This document shows positions 9,336 to 20,099 of a stretch of DNA of 32,000 bases, piece by piece; position 1 is the first letter of the stretch, and every line of letters starts with the position of its first letter. Location of the stretch: NCBI RefSeq assembly GCF_000172995.2, contig NC_014729.1:1500001-1532000 (forward strand). Direction: 5' to 3'. Under the pieces are notes generated by a model. The model searched no databases. It saw nothing but the letters and a program-made list of their open reading frames with translations, and was not told where the DNA came from. The position numbers were made by a program, and so were the translations under genes. This DNA is from Halogeometricum borinquense DSM 11551 (GTDB lineage Archaea; Halobacteriota; Halobacteria; Halobacteriales; Haloferacaceae).

Positions 9336-9968
9336 TCATAGCTCTTTATCAGCGTGTAACCCTGTTGCCACCTTTCGATACGCACGGCGAACGGATTCGG
9401 CGTCGAGTACCGGCGGATCGACGGGCGGGACAGTACCGAGCACCGGACACCCGAGCAACGATTCGACACCGGACGGCACGACCCGCGCCCGAACGAGAAC
9501 AGCGCCGAGAACGTTCGTCCCGAGTGCGTCGGCCATCGCGGCCGTTTTCACCGTGTCGCGTAGTGCGGGGGTACACGGCGGCGTTACCAAGAGTACTTCG
9601 TCCGCCTCGCGGAGTGGCGTGGCGGCGTCCGGTCCCGCTCCGGCGGGACAATCGATCAGCACCTGCCCGTCTGCTGTGTCTCTGACGCGGCGCAGACGTG
9701 ACTTGCCGTCGTCAGTTCGGTCACCACGCTCTTCGTGCGCGCCGGTCGAATCCGTCGGTGCAGGATAGACTGTCACTGTGTCGTCGCGCGGATGGACGTG
9801 TCCAACGTGGTTCTGCGGTGGTTCGCGCGGGACGCCAGCGAGCGAGTGGAGGTTCGGCATATCCGTGTCGGCATCAACGACGGTGGTAGGGCCGTCGAGT
9901 GCGGTGGCGAGTCCGAGCGTCGTCGTCGTCTTCCCACACCCGCCCTTGCCGCCTGCTACTGCGAGCAT
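9336..9968 (-). CDS. MinD/ParA-family P-loop ATPase
   Basis: Deviant Walker A at the N-terminus (AVAGGKGGCGKTTTT). Walker B-like VLIDCPAG. 210 aa, ending 24 nt upstream of the KaiC-like gene. Confidence 0.85.
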   Translation of the reverse strand: MLAVAGGKGGCGKTTTTLGLATALDGPTTVVDADTDMPNLHSLAGVPREPPQNHVGHVHPRDDTVTVYPAPTDSTGAHEERGDRTDDGKSRLRRVRDTADGQVLIDCPAGAGPDAATPLREADEVLLVTPPCTPALRDTVKTAAMADALGTNVLGAVLVRARVVPSGVESLLGCPVLGTVPPVDPPVLDAESVRRAYRKVATGLHADKEL

Positions 9969-10038
9969 GGGTCGTCTGGTCCCGTCTCAGTACAAAAAGT
10001 CATGGCTGCCCCGGCGGGCAACTATCGCGGCGTCCGTC

Positions 10039-10413
10039 TCAGTCCTTACAGCAACCGCCAGCTTCGCCGCCGAAGTCAACCGCGAGCGGGTCGGAGATGG
10101 CTTTGTTAATCGCCTCGAGTCGGTCCTGTAGTTCCTCTTGGGCCTCCAAATATTCGGCCATCACTGGCTTCGAGTGGAGTTCTCGCTGGGCGGATTGGAC
10201 CTTCTGGAGAGCCTCCTGCGTTGCGTTTCCGGTCTGTCGGGCCATCATGAACTCTTCGCGGAGTTGCTGGAACTCACGAATCTCCGTCTGAATCTCCTCG
10301 TCGTTCTCGACGGCCGCCTTTGCCTCCTCGAACGCTTTGTATTCGGGCGTCTCGGCGATTTCCTCACCGAGCTCGTGTCCGAGTTCTTCGAGTCGGTCCG
10401 TCTGGATGCTCAT
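10039..10413 (-). CDS. YlbF/YmcA-family (Com_YlbF-like) helical protein ending in a Cys-Cys pair
   Basis: 124 aa from MSIQTDRLEELG. The all-helical pattern (TPEYKAFEEAKAAVENDEEIQTEIREFQQL...PVMAEYLEAQEELQDRLEAIN) resembles YlbF/YmcA. The only cysteines are in the C-terminal GGEAGGCCKD. Assigned from recalled family features. Confidence 0.6.
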   Translation of the reverse strand: MSIQTDRLEELGHELGEEIAETPEYKAFEEAKAAVENDEEIQTEIREFQQLREEFMMARQTGNATQEALQKVQSAQRELHSKPVMAEYLEAQEELQDRLEAINKAISDPLAVDFGGEAGGCCKD

Positions 10414-10503
10414 ATCCACGAGTTGGACGCCGATTCGTTTGAACTTGCCGGACACGGAACGTGAGGGGAAAGAGTCGTTGTGATACGTATTGTATGGTAG
10501 ACA

Positions 10504-12030
10504 ATGGCTATCGTTCCTGCATACACGTTCGAGAGGTGGCTTCATCGCCTCGACGGAGCTACGTTCTCGGCGTTCGTCGCCGATCTGTACGCGAGTCGGG
10601 GCAGGGAAGTCACTGTCCGGGACGATGGTGCTGTCGTGCTCGTTGATGAGGGGCGTGTCCTCGTCCCTATTGCGAGCAGATGGCGACTCAGACGACCGCG
10701 TGTGCCGAACGACGCCGATGCAATCGTTGCACCCGCGCCGTCGCGGCGTCTCCGCAGAGTGGCTGTCCGCCGCGGCCTGCGTTTACTGGGACCAACGGAC
10801 ATCAGAAATCTCGCGCTCTACGGCATCGACCGACGCGACGCCGAACGCCTATTCGAGGAGTATTTCGGCGAGTCGCCCGCGGTCGCTGCGCCGGAGTCGT
10901 CCGATTCGTCGTCGAGTCCGCTGCGTCGGTTTGACGATGTTTCGTTGGCGACTATCGCGGCCGTCGTCCTCATCGGTCTCGTCGTCGCGGCAGTTTTCGG
11001 TCCGTTCGGGCCGGGCGTCGCGCCCGCGGAAGACGACGCCGCTCAAGCGGGATCGAACCCCGTCGCTGTCGGCATGTCGGACACCGCCGACGATGGAGAC
11101 GAAGAGCAGTTGTTCCCGCCGGGCATCGGCCCGACCGGTGTCACTGATTCCGAGATGTTGGCTGCGGCACACGCCGATGCGGTTGCCGGTCGGTCGTACC
11201 GTCTCGTCATCCGACAGTCGGGGACCCGAGATTGGAACGGCCGTCGCTGGCAGGATGCGTGGCACCAAGCAGAAGTAGAGAATGCGCGGCACTTCGGCTA
11301 CACTGTCACTGGGTACGCGCAGTCCACCGACTCGACCCCGACAGCGCCGACACCCACGACGAGCCCCGACGGTGCTGACCTCGTCCAGTACTCCGCGTAC
11401 GCCGACGGCGAAATCGTCTACGTCAAGACCGAACTACGGAACAACGAGTCGTTTTACAGAACTCCTGTCAGCGTCAACGAGTACGGATACGGCGTCTTCG
11501 AGCGACGCGCATCGTTCGCCATCCAGCAGTATTTGACCACGACGCGGACGAACGTCACGCGCGCAGACCGGGCGCAGTACCCGTTTCGAATCGTCGCCAC
11601 TGGCACTCCCGAACACATCTCGAACGCAGACCGAATCAGCGACTATCGCGCTGAGGCCTCAGTCGGTTCCGACGGGTTCGTCTCCGTTCTCAACGTCTCG
11701 TACGACGTGACTATCGAGAACGAGACGCGGGAGGTGTCGTACCGACTGGAGTACGCCGCAATAGACGAGGTGAATCTCTCGCGGCCGGTCTGGTACGACC
11801 GCGCAGTGAATGCGACAGTTCCACCCTCGCTGTCCGACGAACCGACGCGGGAGTCGAATGAGACGACAACCGAAACAACTGCGACGACAACCGAAGCCAC
11901 CGACTCGACGGCAACCAGAATCACCGACTCGACGGCAACCGCGTCTGCGGGAAATACGGGGCGAAAGCCTCGCCCTTCAGGGCGTTACCAGAACGCTAAG
12001 CGTTCTGGTTGCCCGCCAGACGTAGTCTGA
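10504..12030 (+). CDS. membrane-anchored protein: cytosolic N-domain, one TM helix, large external domain and Thr-rich tail; 3' end runs into the IS left end
   Basis: TM helix VSLATIAAVVLIGLVVAAVF at about residue 145. Tail is Thr-rich (ETTTETTATTTEATDSTATRITDSTATAS). The last roughly 25 codons (RKPRPSGRYQNAKRSGCPPDVV) are encoded by the IS left-end hairpin region. Confidence 0.7.
   Translation: MAIVPAYTFERWLHRLDGATFSAFVADLYASRGREVTVRDDGAVVLVDEGRVLVPIASRWRLRRPRVPNDADAIVAPAPSRRLRRVAVRRGLRLLGPTDIRNLALYGIDRRDAERLFEEYFGESPAVAAPESSDSSSSPLRRFDDVSLATIAAVVLIGLVVAAVFGPFGPGVAPAEDDAAQAGSNPVAVGMSDTADDGDEEQLFPPGIGPTGVTDSEMLAAAHADAVAGRSYRLVIRQSGTRDWNGRRWQDAWHQAEVENARHFGYTVTGYAQSTDSTPTAPTPTTSPDGADLVQYSAYADGEIVYVKTELRNNESFYRTPVSVNEYGYGVFERRASFAIQQYLTTTRTNVTRADRAQYPFRIVATGTPEHISNADRISDYRAEASVGSDGFVSVLNVSYDVTIENETREVSYRLEYAAIDEVNLSRPVWYDRAVNATVPPSLSDEPTRESNETTTETTATTTEATDSTATRITDSTATASAGNTGRKPRPSGRYQNAKRSGCPPDVV
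11971..11984 (+). repeat. IS left-end subterminal hairpin (CGCCC-TTCA-GGGCG)
   Basis: 5-bp stem with a 4-nt loop, homologous to the right-end hairpin. It overlaps an alternative hairpin, GGGCGA-AAGCC-TCGCCC, at 11959-11975. Confidence 0.6.
11987..12009 (+). repeat. second left-end hairpin (ACCAGAACG-CTAAG-CGTTCTGGT)
   Basis: Perfect 9-bp stem read directly from the sequence, between the left-end hairpin and tnpA. Confidence 0.6.
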
Positions 12031-12131
12031 CGACGGGGATGAAGCCGACCAATAGTATTCAACCGCCGCCGATGGCATAGACGGGGTTCAAACGCAGTCT
12101 TCAAGCCGTCCGACCGTGATAGTATGCATAG

Positions 12132-14162
<2,031 letters not shown>

Positions 14163-14293
14163 AGTTCAGTTACGCCCGAGCGTGGCATAAGCTGTCGTGG
14201 CATCTGCGAACTGCACGCACGACCCGTGAGATCGGAATTGAGAGTGTGTGAGAACCGCCGACGTTATCCCTCCCGACTTGCAAGAGAGGTGCA

Positions 14294-15328
14294 ATGAGCC
14301 AGGACGCCACGTCGGACGGGGACCTCAGGAATACTGGGATGTCCCTGAAGCACGACCGGGAGTGGGACTACGAACTCGAACGAATCGTCGAGGAAGTCGA
14401 AGACCGAGACGCAAAGCGCGTCGGTCTTCAGTTCCCTGAGGGGTTGAAACGACGCGGTCCAGCCGTCGCAGACGACCTGCGTGAACGCTGTGACGATGAC
14501 GTGACGTTCATGTTGTCCGGACAGCCCTGCTACGGCGCGTGCGACCTCGATACCTATCTGATGCGCCGGACAGACGTTTTCGTCCACTTCGGTCACTCCC
14601 CGATGAAGGAGTCGGACAAGATCATCTACGTTCCGCTGTTCTCGAACGTCGATCCGTTCCCCATCCTCGAAGATTCGCTTGCGGAACTGGACGGCGACGA
14701 GGTTGGTCTCGTGACGACGGCCCAGCACATGAACCGTTTCGAGGACATGTGCGACTGGTTGGAAGAACGCGGCTACGACGTTCACACCCGCCGCGGCGAC
14801 GACCGCCTGACGTTCGAGGGCCAAGTTCTCGGTTGTAACTACGCGTCTGCGGACATCGACGCCGACCAAGTGCTGTACGTCGGCGGCGGGAAGTTCCACC
14901 CGCTCGGACTGGCGATGGAACACCCCGACAAGAAGGTCGTCATCGCCGACCCCGTGAACAACGTCGTCACCATCGCGGACACGGAGAAGTTCATGAAGCA
15001 GCGGTACGCCTCCGTCCACAAGGCGATGGACGCCGAGAAGTGGGGCGTTATCTTCTGTACGAAAATCGGGCAGGGCCGTATGGAGATTGCCGAGAAGATC
15101 ATCGAGGACAACGACAACGCCTACCTCATCACCATGGACGAAGTGACGCCTGATCGGCTCAGAAACTTCGACATGGACGCGTTCGTCAACACCGGTTGCC
15201 CGCGCATCACCACCGACGACGGCCCGCGCTTCCACAAGCCGATGCTGACGCCGCAGGAGTACCGCATCGCCGTCGGCGACGAACCGCTCGACTCCCTCGA
15301 ATTCGACACGTTCCACGGCACCTGGTAG
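14294..15328 (+). CDS. dph2: 2-(3-amino-3-carboxypropyl)histidine synthase (diphthamide synthesis Dph2)
   Basis: Collinear with archaeal Dph2: RVGLQFPEGLKRRG, CYGACD, HFGHS, TTAQH, GQVLGCNY, GGGKFHPLGLA, CPRI, KPMLTP. Confidence 0.9.
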   Translation: MSQDATSDGDLRNTGMSLKHDREWDYELERIVEEVEDRDAKRVGLQFPEGLKRRGPAVADDLRERCDDDVTFMLSGQPCYGACDLDTYLMRRTDVFVHFGHSPMKESDKIIYVPLFSNVDPFPILEDSLAELDGDEVGLVTTAQHMNRFEDMCDWLEERGYDVHTRRGDDRLTFEGQVLGCNYASADIDADQVLYVGGGKFHPLGLAMEHPDKKVVIADPVNNVVTIADTEKFMKQRYASVHKAMDAEKWGVIFCTKIGQGRMEIAEKIIEDNDNAYLITMDEVTPDRLRNFDMDAFVNTGCPRITTDDGPRFHKPMLTPQEYRIAVGDEPLDSLEFDTFHGTW

Positions 15329-15370
15329 CCGCTTCGACCCTTCACACGGGCGGTAGTTTCTCCTGTCTTC

Positions 15371-15811
15371 TTACGACTCCGTCTCGACGTACTTCACGGT
15401 CTCTTCAGGCGTCTCGCACGCCTCGATTCCGTCCACCTCGTGCGTTCCCAATCCCGCGATAGGTCGGTCGTAGACGAGCGACAGGCCGATCTCCGAGAGC
15501 GTCCCACCGGCACCGTCGATGGCGATGACTGCATCGCCGTTCATCACGACGAGCGCGTTTCGACCGTGTCCGAGTCCCGTCGCAATCGGAGTGTCAACGT
15601 ACTCGTTGGCGTCCGCACGCCGGTCTGTCGGAAGGATGCCGATTGTCTCGCCACCGGCCGCTTTTGCGCCTCGGCAGGCCGATTCCATCACGCCGCCGAG
15701 TCCACCGCAGACGACTGTGTGGCCACGCTGGGCGACGATGCGACCGGTTGCTGCCGCCGTCTCGCGTACGGTATCGGTGACAGAGCTGCCGCCGATAATA
15801 CTAACTCGCAT
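15371..15811 (-). CDS. TIGR00725 / LOG-family (Rossmann, lysine-decarboxylase-like) protein
   Basis: VVCGGLGGVMESACRGA and the PGGxGTxxE-like GAGGTLSEI motif. 146 aa. Confidence 0.75.
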   Translation of the reverse strand: MRVSIIGGSSVTDTVRETAAATGRIVAQRGHTVVCGGLGGVMESACRGAKAAGGETIGILPTDRRADANEYVDTPIATGLGHGRNALVVMNGDAVIAIDGAGGTLSEIGLSLVYDRPIAGLGTHEVDGIEACETPEETVKYVETES

Positions 15812-15930
15812 ACTCTGCGGTGGTCGCCGTCGCTCGTACGCGTTTCGTTAGCGACAGACGACGAATAGTCGTCAAAATCTGTTCGGGAATCGATTCAGGG
15901 CGAGGGCGGGCGGTGTGCCGACTGTTCGGG

Positions 15931-16035
15931 TCAGTCCAAGTCGGAGGCCGGCGGTTGTGCCTCCCACGACCCGAGCAAGCGCATCGTCTCGTCCATCTCC
16001 GAGAAGTCGGCAGTCTGTCTGTGATGAACTGACAT
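15931..16035 (-). CDS. candidate 34-aa acidic microprotein (leaderless)
   Basis: MSVHHRQTADFSEMDETMRLLGSWEAQPPASDLD. A TATA-like box lies 25 nt upstream of the ATG. Too short for the ORF track, and no homology support is possible here. Confidence 0.3.
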   Translation of the reverse strand: MSVHHRQTADFSEMDETMRLLGSWEAQPPASDLD

Positions 16036-16060
16036 GACGTGAAAACTGACGCGTGTAACT

Positions 16061-16068
16061 GATAAATA
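16061..16068 (-). promoter_or_regulatory. TATA-like box (TATTTATC on the minus strand) upstream of the 34-aa ORF
   Basis: Spacing to the ATG at 16035 fits a leaderless haloarchaeal transcript. Confidence 0.3.
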
Positions 16069-16343
16069 GCTTGTGCCCGATATGGGTTTGCTAACCGAGA
16101 GTAGTACGTAGTTTATTTAGACATATCTTGGTTATCATGCCTCTATTGAACACGAGTGTTGTGTTTTTTGTGGTGGACTGTTTCTTCACGGTCGCCCAAC
16201 CCGTCTCGAATGCCGATTTCACACTCATCAAGTCAAATAAATATCATGTTTATTTCTAACTTTGTCACGGGGCTATCCCTCTCTCGGGAGCATGACTCGC
16301 CCGGTCCGCAACACTTAGTCCCTGCCCGGACTCACCCACCGCC

Positions 16344-17177
16344 ATGAGTGTAAGCGATTGGGGGGACTGGCTCCCACGCGCAGTCGAAGACGCGTCTCCG
16401 GATACCGTCTCGATCTGGTATCTCGGGTGTAACGGATTTTTCTTGAAGGGAAGCGACGGCACGACCCTCGCAATCGACCCCTACGTCGGTCTCGGAGACC
16501 CACCGCGAACCGTCCGGATGATTCCGGTGCCGTTTGACCCCCACGACGTGGCTGAGATGGACGCCGTCTTGGCGACGCACGAGCATACCGACCACGTTCA
16601 CGGGCCGAGTCAAGCGCCCATCCTCGAATCGACCGGGGCGCAGTATTACGCGCCCGACGACTCTCTCGACGTGGCGCTGGAAGACGAAGCGTGGGTAGAC
16701 GACTACGACATCTCCGAGGAACAGTTCACCGAGGTCACGGACGGTGACACGTTCGAGGTCGGTGAGTTCACGATTCACGTCGAACACTCCTACGACCCCG
16801 ACGCTACCCATCCCGTCTCCTACGTCATCGAACACGAGTCGGGGACGTTCTTCCACGGCGGCGATACCAAGCCCGACGAGGAGTTCGAAGCGCTCGGCGA
16901 AAAGTACGATATCGACCTCGGCGTCCTCGCGTTCGGTTCCATCGGGAACATCGACGACAAGGAGACCGGCGAACCGGTCCGGACGAAGTGGTACTCGACG
17001 GAAAACGAGGCTGTGAAAGCCGCCTCGGACCTCCAGTTCGACCGGTTCCTCCCGAGCCACTGGGATATGTGGAAGGGTCTGACCGCCGATCCGACGGTGC
17101 TTCACCACCACGCAAAGAGCTTTGCGTACCCTGAGCGCCTCGAAATCATCGAAATCGGCGACCGAGTCGAACTCTAA
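16344..17177 (+). CDS. MBL-fold metallo-hydrolase (UlaG-like)
   Basis: HxHxDH motif (THEHTDHVHG), downstream FHGGDT, and a C-terminal H (PSHWDMW). Confidence 0.8.
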   Translation: MSVSDWGDWLPRAVEDASPDTVSIWYLGCNGFFLKGSDGTTLAIDPYVGLGDPPRTVRMIPVPFDPHDVAEMDAVLATHEHTDHVHGPSQAPILESTGAQYYAPDDSLDVALEDEAWVDDYDISEEQFTEVTDGDTFEVGEFTIHVEHSYDPDATHPVSYVIEHESGTFFHGGDTKPDEEFEALGEKYDIDLGVLAFGSIGNIDDKETGEPVRTKWYSTENEAVKAASDLQFDRFLPSHWDMWKGLTADPTVLHHHAKSFAYPERLEIIEIGDRVEL

Positions 17178-17194
17178 TTCTCTTTTTCTCAGAT

Positions 17195-17204
17195 TTCATA
17201 TTTT
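17195..17204 (+). promoter_or_regulatory. TATA-like box (TTCATATTTT) upstream of the acidic coiled-coil gene
   Basis: Its position implies a transcription start near 17227. That favours the ATG at 17245 over those at 17218 and 17122. Confidence 0.3.
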
Positions 17205-17244
17205 CCCCGGTTGTTTTATGTCACCCCTTTCGGTAAGAAGCGAC

Positions 17245-19077
17245 ATGAGCCGCGAGTTCGACGTTGGGGATCCGGTGTACGTCTCGAACGGGGACGTAAC
17301 GGTGGAGAAATCGTTCTCCGCCGACGAGTTTCCGGTGCCCGCAATCAAGTTCCGAATCACTTCAGAGAGCAACGAGTCCGAACACGTCCGAATCGTCGAT
17401 CAGATTCCGGACGATTTCCCGATGGAAGGCGTCGGATTCCACCCGGACTTCGAGAGCGACAACTGGGCGGCGTACAAGGATCACCGTGTCGAATACGAAC
17501 GGACCCTTGATCCGAACGAAACGGTCGAAACGGTCTACGGCATCCGCCTCGATCAGGTGAGTGAAGCCGAATCGTTCCTCGTCGAACCCGTTCTCGAACG
17601 TCCGCCTGTTCCGCAGGACGGTGAAGAACCCGTGCGCGACGACGGTGTCGAAGACATTCTCGGCGAGGACCGCAGTCAACTCGTCCGCGACGCGCTGCAG
17701 GGTAACGGCAGTCTCTCCGACCCCGCGTCCGACGCGGCCGCCGCCGAAGATGCGGCCGAGTCGGTCCTCGAAGCGGAGGCCGACGCAGGAGCAGATCCGC
17801 TCGCGGATCCGCTTGCGGCCGACGATACTGATGCTGCTGTTGGCTCCGACACCGACTCGGACAACGTCCCGGTCGAGACGGTAGACGAGACAGCTACTGA
17901 CGGGACGACGCCCGACGAAACTGCTCCCGACGAGGCCGCGGTCTCCGAAGACGGTGGGGCCTCTGCGGCCGACATCGAGGCGGCGATTGACGACGATAGC
18001 GACGACGTCGATGCCGGCCCGCGCAAACTTACAGCGGAGACGACGCCCGCAATAACCCGATCCGAGGCGTCGGAGGACAGGACCGAAGCTGACGCCGCCG
18101 ATGTCGCCGCCGATGCCACCACGGACGAAGCGGCCGACACCGATGACGTGGCCGATGCGGATCAAACGGCCGACACCGATGACGTGGCCGACGCGGATCA
18201 AACGGCCGATACCGATGATTACGTCGATATCGGTGACTCCGTCGCAGACGATGCGGATGACACCGAATCCACGACGGCATCTGCAACTGCGGCGTCCACA
18301 ACCGCGGCATCCGGATCGCTCGCCGCCGCACTCGCGGCTGAACTGCGCGCTGGTGACGTGCCCGAGGACGACCTCAAACTCCTCCGTTCGGAACTCGACT
18401 TCGGCTTGCCACGAAGTGCGGACGTGCGCATCCGCCGACTCCAAGCGCAGATGAACGACTTGCAGGCGTACAGCGACGCCCTCGCGGAGTTCATCGACGA
18501 GGAGGGGACCGGACAGGACCTCGTCGATGGACTCCGACAGGAGGTCGAAGCGCTGGATGAGGAACTCGACGCCTTCGGTGACGACATCGCTACCGTCGAA
18601 GCCGAACTGACCGCCGCGGACGCCGACCGCGAGGACATCCGCGACGACCTCTCGACGCTGGAAGGCGACCTCGGCGCTCTCGACGAACGCGTCGAAGACA
18701 CCGCACAGCAACTCACCGAGGTTGATGACAAGGCGTCCGAAGCCGTTGCGGGAGTCGAGGAACTGAACACGACGCTCGACGAGGAAGTCGAAGCGGTCCA
18801 CGAGGATATCGAGGAACTCTCGGACGACCTGAGTCAGACCGCGTCGGCGGCCGCTGGACTCGACGAGGAACTCGGTGATGTCCGCGAAGATATTGCCGAC
18901 CTCGACGGCGAAATCGTCTTGACCCGCGAATCGCTCGAAGACGACGTGGCGTCGGTTCGATCTGATCTCGACGAACTCGACGACGTACAGACCCGTATCG
19001 AGAGCCTCGAAGATGACATCGAGGTCCTGATGCAGTTCCGTGATCGCCTGAACGACGCGTTCGGTCCCGGCGAGTAG
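17245..19077 (+). CDS. very acidic protein: N-terminal globular domain, Asp/Ala/Thr low-complexity spacer, long C-terminal coiled coil
   Basis: 610 aa from MSREFDVGDP. The C-terminal roughly 250 aa show heptad-like acidic repeats (LDEELDAFGDDIATVEAELTAADADREDIRDDLSTLEGDLGALDERVEDT...). No recognised catalytic motif. Confidence 0.7.
   Translation: MSREFDVGDPVYVSNGDVTVEKSFSADEFPVPAIKFRITSESNESEHVRIVDQIPDDFPMEGVGFHPDFESDNWAAYKDHRVEYERTLDPNETVETVYGIRLDQVSEAESFLVEPVLERPPVPQDGEEPVRDDGVEDILGEDRSQLVRDALQGNGSLSDPASDAAAAEDAAESVLEAEADAGADPLADPLAADDTDAAVGSDTDSDNVPVETVDETATDGTTPDETAPDEAAVSEDGGASAADIEAAIDDDSDDVDAGPRKLTAETTPAITRSEASEDRTEADAADVAADATTDEAADTDDVADADQTADTDDVADADQTADTDDYVDIGDSVADDADDTESTTASATAASTTAASGSLAAALAAELRAGDVPEDDLKLLRSELDFGLPRSADVRIRRLQAQMNDLQAYSDALAEFIDEEGTGQDLVDGLRQEVEALDEELDAFGDDIATVEAELTAADADREDIRDDLSTLEGDLGALDERVEDTAQQLTEVDDKASEAVAGVEELNTTLDEEVEAVHEDIEELSDDLSQTASAAAGLDEELGDVREDIADLDGEIVLTRESLEDDVASVRSDLDELDDVQTRIESLEDDIEVLMQFRDRLNDAFGPGE
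18133..18222 (+). repeat. 36-nt tandem repeat, 2 full copies plus a partial third, inside the acidic spacer
   Basis: GCCGACACCGATGACGTGGCCGA(T/C)GCGGATCAAACG occurs at 18133-18168 and 18169-18204, followed by a diverged partial unit. Encodes ADTDDVADADQT twice. Confidence 0.8.
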
Positions 19078-19190
19078 ACGCCGGTATCGGCGGCCGCGAC
19101 TTCGAACGGATCTTATTCTGTGTCACACGCCCACACGGAAAGTCGCCGACAGTATCCGACCGAAGCGCAATCTGTATAGTCGCCCCGTTC

Positions 19191-20099
19191 GTGCAACCGA
19201 CAATGACTGAGACGGTGTGCGTCGCCGTTCCTCGCAAGGGGCGACCGCTCGAAGCCGTGCTCGATAGATTCGCCGCGAGTGCTGACGCGGCGCAGGTTGC
19301 GGACGACATCACCTCGACGCTCCGCCATGAGAAGTCTATCACCAAGGGCACGACACATCCGGACCATGATGTGTACGACCGTCTCGCGGACTACTCCGAC
19401 CTCTCGGACCCGTTCGCTCCGGAGTACACTCTGCTCCGCGACGACAGAGAGGGGATGCCCCGTCGTGTCGTCTTCGATAGCGTCACCATCGAAGTAGACG
19501 GCACGCCCGTCCATCTCGTCGGCCGAGAGGAACCGTTCCGCGCGCTCAGAACCCATGAGTTCGCTCTCGGATTCGACAGCGCGGACCTCGTTCTCGAAGA
19601 GGTCGTCCAACTCCGGGAAGACGGAGTCGGATCGCTCGCGGACATTAACGCCCGTATCGACCCGATGGATACCGACGTTCGTGTCGTCTCCGGCCTCGGA
19701 GACACCGTCTATCACACGCTGATGGCGAAACCCGAGGTCCTCCCGCCGGGTGCGGACCTCGACCGCGAGTTCGTCGCGGAGTACGACGGGCCGCTCTGCA
19801 TCTCACCGCGCTACGAGCGCCTCGTGGAAGCGGTTCTCGGAACCCGACCGCTGGAGAACATCTCGTTCGCTTACCCCGAGGAGTCTGTTGAAGAAGAATC
19901 CGCCATCGCGGACGTCGGTCTCGGCGTCTACCTCACGATGACCGGTTCGACCGCCCGCGACTACGGTCTCGTCCTCGGTGAGCATCTGTTCCCCTCCGAG
20001 ACGGTGTTGATGGAGAACGTCGCGGAAACGACAGCGGCAGTCGAACACGTCGCACAAGCCATCACCGGTCCCGAACTCGAAACCGAACTGGTCGTCTAA
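19191..20099 (+). CDS. divergent ATP phosphoribosyltransferase (HisG)-like protein
   Basis: N-terminal VAVPRKGRPLEAVLDRF resembles the HisG (I)A(V)PKKGRL motif. ALGFDSADLVLEEV resembles D.GI.G.D.L.E. LTMTGSTARDYGL resembles DLVSTGATLxANGL. The paralog carries extra inserts. Assigned from recalled motifs. Confidence 0.55.
   Translation: MQPTMTETVCVAVPRKGRPLEAVLDRFAASADAAQVADDITSTLRHEKSITKGTTHPDHDVYDRLADYSDLSDPFAPEYTLLRDDREGMPRRVVFDSVTIEVDGTPVHLVGREEPFRALRTHEFALGFDSADLVLEEVVQLREDGVGSLADINARIDPMDTDVRVVSGLGDTVYHTLMAKPEVLPPGADLDREFVAEYDGPLCISPRYERLVEAVLGTRPLENISFAYPEESVEEESAIADVGLGVYLTMTGSTARDYGLVLGEHLFPSETVLMENVAETTAAVEHVAQAITGPELETELVV

Noticed and set aside
16137-16244. 35-aa hydrophobic + strand sORF (MPLLNTSVVFFVVDCFFTV...) in the AT-rich gap.
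   Set aside because: Low GC3 and no promoter geometry. AT-rich sequence readily produces such ORFs.
19113-19715. 200-aa minus-strand ORF competing with the HisG-like gene.
   Set aside because: The + frame gives an acidic protein with HisG landmark motifs over 302 aa. The minus frame is Arg-rich at its end and has no motif.
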